Part shown: positions 51,678 to 55,717 of the stretch, piece after piece
Layout: each line of letters opens with the position of its first letter
Position numbering within the stretch: position 1 is the first letter of the stretch
DNA from: Kofleriaceae bacterium
Lineage (GTDB): Bacteria; Myxococcota_A; Polyangia; Haliangiales; Haliangiaceae
Direction of reading: 5' to 3'
Length of the DNA: 55,717 bases
NCBI GenBank assembly: GCA_046597055.1
Contig: JBKJLC010000004.1
Location: 1-55,717, forward strand
Program-made: the position numbers and the translations under genes
The notes under the pieces: model-generated
Told to the model about the DNA's origin: nothing
The model's database searches: none
What the model saw: only the letters and a program-made list of their open reading frames with translations

Positions 51678-52047
51678 CCTCGCGTCAGCCCGGAGGCGAT
51701 GGCCCGTCGCGCTGCTGACCGCGCGCAAGTGGGAACGCGCGAAACCAGGCGTCCTCGACCGGGTCGAGGGCGTGCCCTCACCGAGATGTCACCCATGTCC
51801 CCTCTGTGAACTGTTACCTATGTCCTGGTTCAGACCGACGCCGGCACCTCGGCGCTCGGTACTCCGCACTCGGTCTCGGGACCTCGGAAGGCAAGCCGGG
51901 CTCGCGAGCCGCCGGCCGCGTGGCGCTGCACTTTCAGCGGTGCCGATGGGCAGGGTCATGAGGCCTACCGCCTGCCCGCTGCCGCGTGCTGACGCGGTCG
52001 CCGGCCGGAGTCCCGCCGCTCGTCTTGCTGGCGGTCGCGCCCGGGCC

Positions 52048-53598
52048 TCACATCGGGCCCAGCCGCGCGTCGCGGGCATCGAGCAGGGGTTCCTGGTCGA
52101 GGCAGCGGTAGCCGGCGGCCTCGGCCAAGTGGACCTTGTCGATGCCATCGTCGCCGGCGAGGTCGGCGATCGTGCGCGAGACCTTGATGATGCGGTCGAT
52201 CGAGCGCGCGCTCATCGCGCGGCGCACGCGGGCAAGGTCGGTCAGGAAGCCTTCAGCCGCCGCGGTGAGCACGCAGGTGGCGCGGGTGGCGGACGGGCTC
52301 ATCTCGGCGTTGGTGCGCACGCCGAACCGCGCCAGTCGCGCCGCCTGCCGGTCGCGCGCAGCCATCACGCGCGCCCGGACCGCGGCCGATGGCTCGCCCG
52401 GCTCGAGCCGGCGCATGTCGGCGACCGAGACCGGCCGGACGGTGACGTGCAGGTCGATGCGGTCGAGCAGCGGACCGCTCAGCCGGCCGCGGTAGCGCTC
52501 GACCGCGCCGCCCGAGCAGGTGCACTCGCGCACGCGCGATCCGGCCCACCCGCACGGGCACGGGTTGGCCGACGCGACCAGCAGGAAGCTGGCCGGCAGG
52601 CGCACGGTGCCGTGGGCGCGACCGACGACGATCTCGCGGTCCTCGAGCGGCTGGCGCAGGGCCTCGAGCGCGGTGCGCTGGAACTCGGGCAGCTCGTCGA
52701 GGAACAGCACGCCATGGTGGGCGAGCGAGATCTCGCCGGGTCGCGGGATCGATCCGCCCCCGAGCAGGGCCGCGGTCGAGATGGTGTGGTGGGGCGCGCG
52801 AAACGGCCGCTCGCGGACCAGGCCGTCGGCCAGGCCCAGCGCCGAGTACACCTTGGTGACCGCGAGCGCCTCGTCGTGCGGCATGGGCGGCAGGATGGTG
52901 GGGATGCGGCGGGCGAGCATCGACTTGCCGATGCCGGGCGGACCGACCAGCAGCACGTTGTGGCCGCCGGCGACCGCGACCTCGACCGCAGCCCGCGCGA
53001 TCGGCTGGCCCCGCACATCGGACAGGTCGAGGCTCCCGCCGAGCACCTGGTGGTACGGCGGCACCTGCGCCCTCGGCAGCGGCGCACCGCCGGCGAGGGC
53101 GGCGATGACCTCGGCCAGGTGCGCGGGTGCGAGCACCTCGAGGCCATCGACCACGGCGGCCTCGGCCGCCGAGCCGGCGGGCAGGACGATGCCGCGCATG
53201 CCGAGCCGGCGCGCTTCCATGGCGGCGGCCAGCGCCCCCCGCACCTTGCGCAGCGTGCCATCGAGGCCGAGCTCGCCGAGCAACATGAAGCCCTCGAGCG
53301 GGCCCGGCAGGTAGATGCCCTCCGCGAGCAGCACGCCGATCGCGATCGGCAGGTCGAAGCCGGTGCCGGGCTTGGGGATGTCGGCCGGCGCCAGGTTGAC
53401 GGTGATCTTCTTCTGCGGAAGCCGCTGACCGCAGGCCTCGAGCGCGGCGCGGATCCGCACCGCGCCTTCGCGAACCGAAGTCGCGGCCATGCCGACCACG
53501 TGGTAGCCGGGGAGCTGACAGGGCGCGAGGTCGACCTCGACGTCGATCGCCTGCGCCTCGATCCCCTTCAACGTCGATGACATCAGGCGGGCCAGCAC
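52048..53598 (-). CDS. comM: ComM/YifB Mg-chelatase-like AAA+ ATPase
   Basis: ITVNLAPAD, FDLPIA, GELGLDG, GPPGIGKSMLA, PFRAPHHT, PGEISLAHHGVLFLDELPEF, NPCPCG, LSGPLLDRID. Confidence 0.97.
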   Translation of the reverse strand: MLARLMSSTLKGIEAQAIDVEVDLAPCQLPGYHVVGMAATSVREGAVRIRAALEACGQRLPQKKITVNLAPADIPKPGTGFDLPIAIGVLLAEGIYLPGPLEGFMLLGELGLDGTLRKVRGALAAAMEARRLGMRGIVLPAGSAAEAAVVDGLEVLAPAHLAEVIAALAGGAPLPRAQVPPYHQVLGGSLDLSDVRGQPIARAAVEVAVAGGHNVLLVGPPGIGKSMLARRIPTILPPMPHDEALAVTKVYSALGLADGLVRERPFRAPHHTISTAALLGGGSIPRPGEISLAHHGVLFLDELPEFQRTALEALRQPLEDREIVVGRAHGTVRLPASFLLVASANPCPCGWAGSRVRECTCSGGAVERYRGRLSGPLLDRIDLHVTVRPVSVADMRRLEPGEPSAAVRARVMAARDRQAARLARFGVRTNAEMSPSATRATCVLTAAAEGFLTDLARVRRAMSARSIDRIIKVSRTIADLAGDDGIDKVHLAEAAGYRCLDQEPLLDARDARLGPM

Positions 53599-53610
53599 GC
53601 CGGCACCCGG

Positions 53611-53712
53611 AGCACGACGCGTGCCGCGTACAACGCCGCGGGCCCGCGTGGCTCCGTCCGGTTCCCGGACACCCGGGTCCGTGAACGGGACGCGCTGTCC
53701 GGTTCCCGACCG
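53611..53712 (-). promoter_or_regulatory. comM promoter: sigma54 box plus three palindromic sites
   Basis: Minus strand CGGCACGCGTCGTGCT (53611-53626). CGTCCGGttcCCGGACA (53655), GGTCCGTgaaCGGGACG (53676), TGTCCGGttcCCGACCG (53696). Confidence 0.75.
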
Positions 53713-53771
53713 TCCGGCCAGGGCGCTCGCCGGCGTCGCCCCGGGCGGCCCGGCGTGTTAGAAACAGAGGG

Positions 53772-55499
53772 ATGACGTCTCCCGATCCGGACGCGCGGAT
53801 CGGTAGCGTGCTCGACGGCCGCTACCGGATCCTCGAACGGATCGCGCAGGGCGGCATGGGCGTGGTGTACCGGGCCGAGCGGGTCCCGGTCGGCCGGCCG
53901 GTCGCGGTGAAGTTCCTCCATCTGGTGATGGCGGACGACCCCGACGCGCGGTCGCGGTTCGAGCGCGAGACGCGGGCGCTGTCGAAGCTGGCCCACCCGC
54001 ACTGCGTCTCGATCATCGATTTCGGCGTTGCCGGCAGCCCGTACCTCGTGATGGACCACGTCAGCGGCGTCACCCTGCGCGACCTGCTCGACGACGGGCC
54101 GCTGGCGGTCGACGAGTCGCTGACGATCGCGCGCCAGCTCCTGGCCGGGCTGGCACACGCGCACGCGCAGCGCATCGTCCATCGCGACGTCAAGCCGGCC
54201 AACATCATGGTATCCGACGAGATCGGCACCGGCCGCCACGTCCGGATCCTCGACTTCGGCCTGGCCCGGCTGCGCGAGCACGGCGCGGCGCTGGTCACCC
54301 AGGCCAGCATGGCGATCGGCACCCCGAGCTACATGGCGCCCGAGCAGACCATCGGCGGTGAGGTCGACGCCCGCACCGACGTCTACGCGGCCGGCGTGGT
54401 GCTGTTCGAGATGTTGACCGGCCGGCGGCCCTTCGTCTCGGACGAGCAGGCGCTGCTGCTCGAGGCCCACCGGTCGTCGCCGCCGCCGCGGCTGGCCGAC
54501 GTGCTGCCCGAGCGCCGCTGGCCGCCCGGGCTCGAGCGGGTGGTCGCCCGCGCGCTGGCCAAGGCACCCGACGACCGCTGGCCGTCGGCGGTCGACTTCG
54601 CGGGCGCGCTCGACGCGATCGCGCGCGGCGAGGTGCCCACGGTGGCACCGGCGCGGTCGCGGGGTGGTGGGCGGCGGCTCCTGGCTGCGGTGGCGCTGGT
54701 GGTCGCGTCCGGCGCCGCGGCGATCGCCGCCGTCGAGCTGCGCGACCGTCCCCGCGCGAGCCCGAGCGCGGTCGGTGGCGGCGGGCCGGTGGCCGACGCG
54801 GCGGGGGCGCTCGAGGGGCGCCGGGATGATGCCGTGCCGATGGCGGTGCGCCCGGCGGGTGCGGTGCCGGATGCCCGCGCCGACGCCCCGGTCGACGCCC
54901 CGGTCGACGCCGACGTGGATGCGCCCGCCGACGCCGGGCCGGACGGAGGCGCGACGTCCGACGCCGGCCCGGTCGACGAAGCCGAGATCGAGCTCGCGGT
55001 CGAACCCGTGGCACCGGCCGATCCGGAGGTCGAGCCCAGCCAGCAGCCGGACGACGACGAGACGGCGCCGCCGGCCCCGGCTCCACCGCCGGCGCGCACC
55101 GTGGTGGCGCCCGCGCGCTCCGTGAAGGAGGCCCTCTCGCTGGTGAAGCGCGGCCACCGCGACGCAGCGCTGCAGGGTCTGCGAATGCTGTGGAAGAAGC
55201 AGCCGCGCAACGCCCAGCTGCCCTACCTGCTCGGCAACCTCTATCACGACAAGAAGTGGTGGTCGGTCGCGATGGAGCACTACCAGGCCGCGATCGCGCG
55301 CAAGCGCTCGTATCGATCCAACTCGACGATCATCCGCAACGTGATCTCGGCGCTCGGCAGCTCGAAGACTCGGACCAAGGCGTCGTGGTTCCTGCGCAAG
55401 GTCATCGGTGCCCCCGCGCGGCGACATCTGCAGGCCGCGGCCCGGCGCCATGCCAGCTCCGACGTCCGCCGCCGCGCTGCCGCGCTCCTCAAGCGCTGA
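53772..55499 (+). CDS. Membrane Ser/Thr protein kinase with C-terminal TPR/helical domain
   Basis: QGGMGVVY, VAVK, VHRDVKPAN, DFG, GTPSYMAPEQ; TM helix; YLLGNLYHDKKWWSVAMEHYQAAI (TPR-like). Confidence 0.95.
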   Translation: MTSPDPDARIGSVLDGRYRILERIAQGGMGVVYRAERVPVGRPVAVKFLHLVMADDPDARSRFERETRALSKLAHPHCVSIIDFGVAGSPYLVMDHVSGVTLRDLLDDGPLAVDESLTIARQLLAGLAHAHAQRIVHRDVKPANIMVSDEIGTGRHVRILDFGLARLREHGAALVTQASMAIGTPSYMAPEQTIGGEVDARTDVYAAGVVLFEMLTGRRPFVSDEQALLLEAHRSSPPPRLADVLPERRWPPGLERVVARALAKAPDDRWPSAVDFAGALDAIARGEVPTVAPARSRGGGRRLLAAVALVVASGAAAIAAVELRDRPRASPSAVGGGGPVADAAGALEGRRDDAVPMAVRPAGAVPDARADAPVDAPVDADVDAPADAGPDGGATSDAGPVDEAEIELAVEPVAPADPEVEPSQQPDDDETAPPAPAPPPARTVVAPARSVKEALSLVKRGHRDAALQGLRMLWKKQPRNAQLPYLLGNLYHDKKWWSVAMEHYQAAIARKRSYRSNSTIIRNVISALGSSKTRTKASWFLRKVIGAPARRHLQAAARRHASSDVRRRAAALLKR

Positions 55500-55579
55500 C
55501 GCCAGCCACGGGTCCGGCTTCCGGACGCGCGCCCGCCTCGCCGCAACCGCACGGGTGGCTGCCTCCGGCGGCCGCGGCC

Positions 55580-55717
55580 GCCGTACGGGTGGCTGACACC
55601 CGGCCCGCCGTACGGGTGGCTGACACCCGGCCCGCCGTACGGGTGGCCGCCGTACGGGTGGCTGACACCCGGCCCGCCGTACGGGTGGCTGACACCCGGC
55701 CCGCCGTACGGGTGGCT
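55580..55717 (+). repeat. 27-nt tandem repeat array running off the window end
   Basis: GCCGTACGGGTGGCTGACACCCGGCCC at 55580, 55607, 55649 and 55676, with a 15-nt truncated unit at 55634 and a partial unit at 55703. Confidence 0.95.

Noticed and set aside
55580..55717. CRISPR array
   Set aside because: Units are head-to-tail with no unique spacers, and there are no cas genes in the window.

Overview
High-GC bacterial chromosomal DNA, almost certainly Myxococcota (Haliangiales/Kofleriaceae-like), judged from three Hanks-type kinases, FHA proteins, a CglF/GltF-like gene, a MYXO-CTERM-type tail and many lipoproteins. There are about 45 genes and no rRNA, tRNA, CRISPR array, transposase or phage. 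Recognisable genes include recA, comM/yifB, kup with a truncated kdpDE, kptA, fdxA, yhhQ, two USP genes, a patatin, an ABC exporter and an FHA-sigma54 activator. Two things stand out. (1) A tightly coupled five-gene operon at 26660-32860 encodes two lamin-tail lipoproteins, two intact lipoprotein thermonucleases and a ComEA-type helix-hairpin-helix domain fused to a probable outer-membrane beta-barrel. It is a candidate surface machine for capturing, cutting and importing extracellular nucleic acid. (2) An unannotated regulatory signature, three tandem TGTCCGG-N3-CCGGACA palindromes followed by a sigma54 GG-N10-GC promoter, is shared by recA, comM and a VWA surface-protein gene, with another perfect palindrome inside the nuclease operon. 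Together these suggest a sigma54-controlled DNA-uptake/recombination regulon. Several single-base frameshifts in short C/G runs look like assembly errors. All domain calls come from reading motifs by eye, not from database searches.
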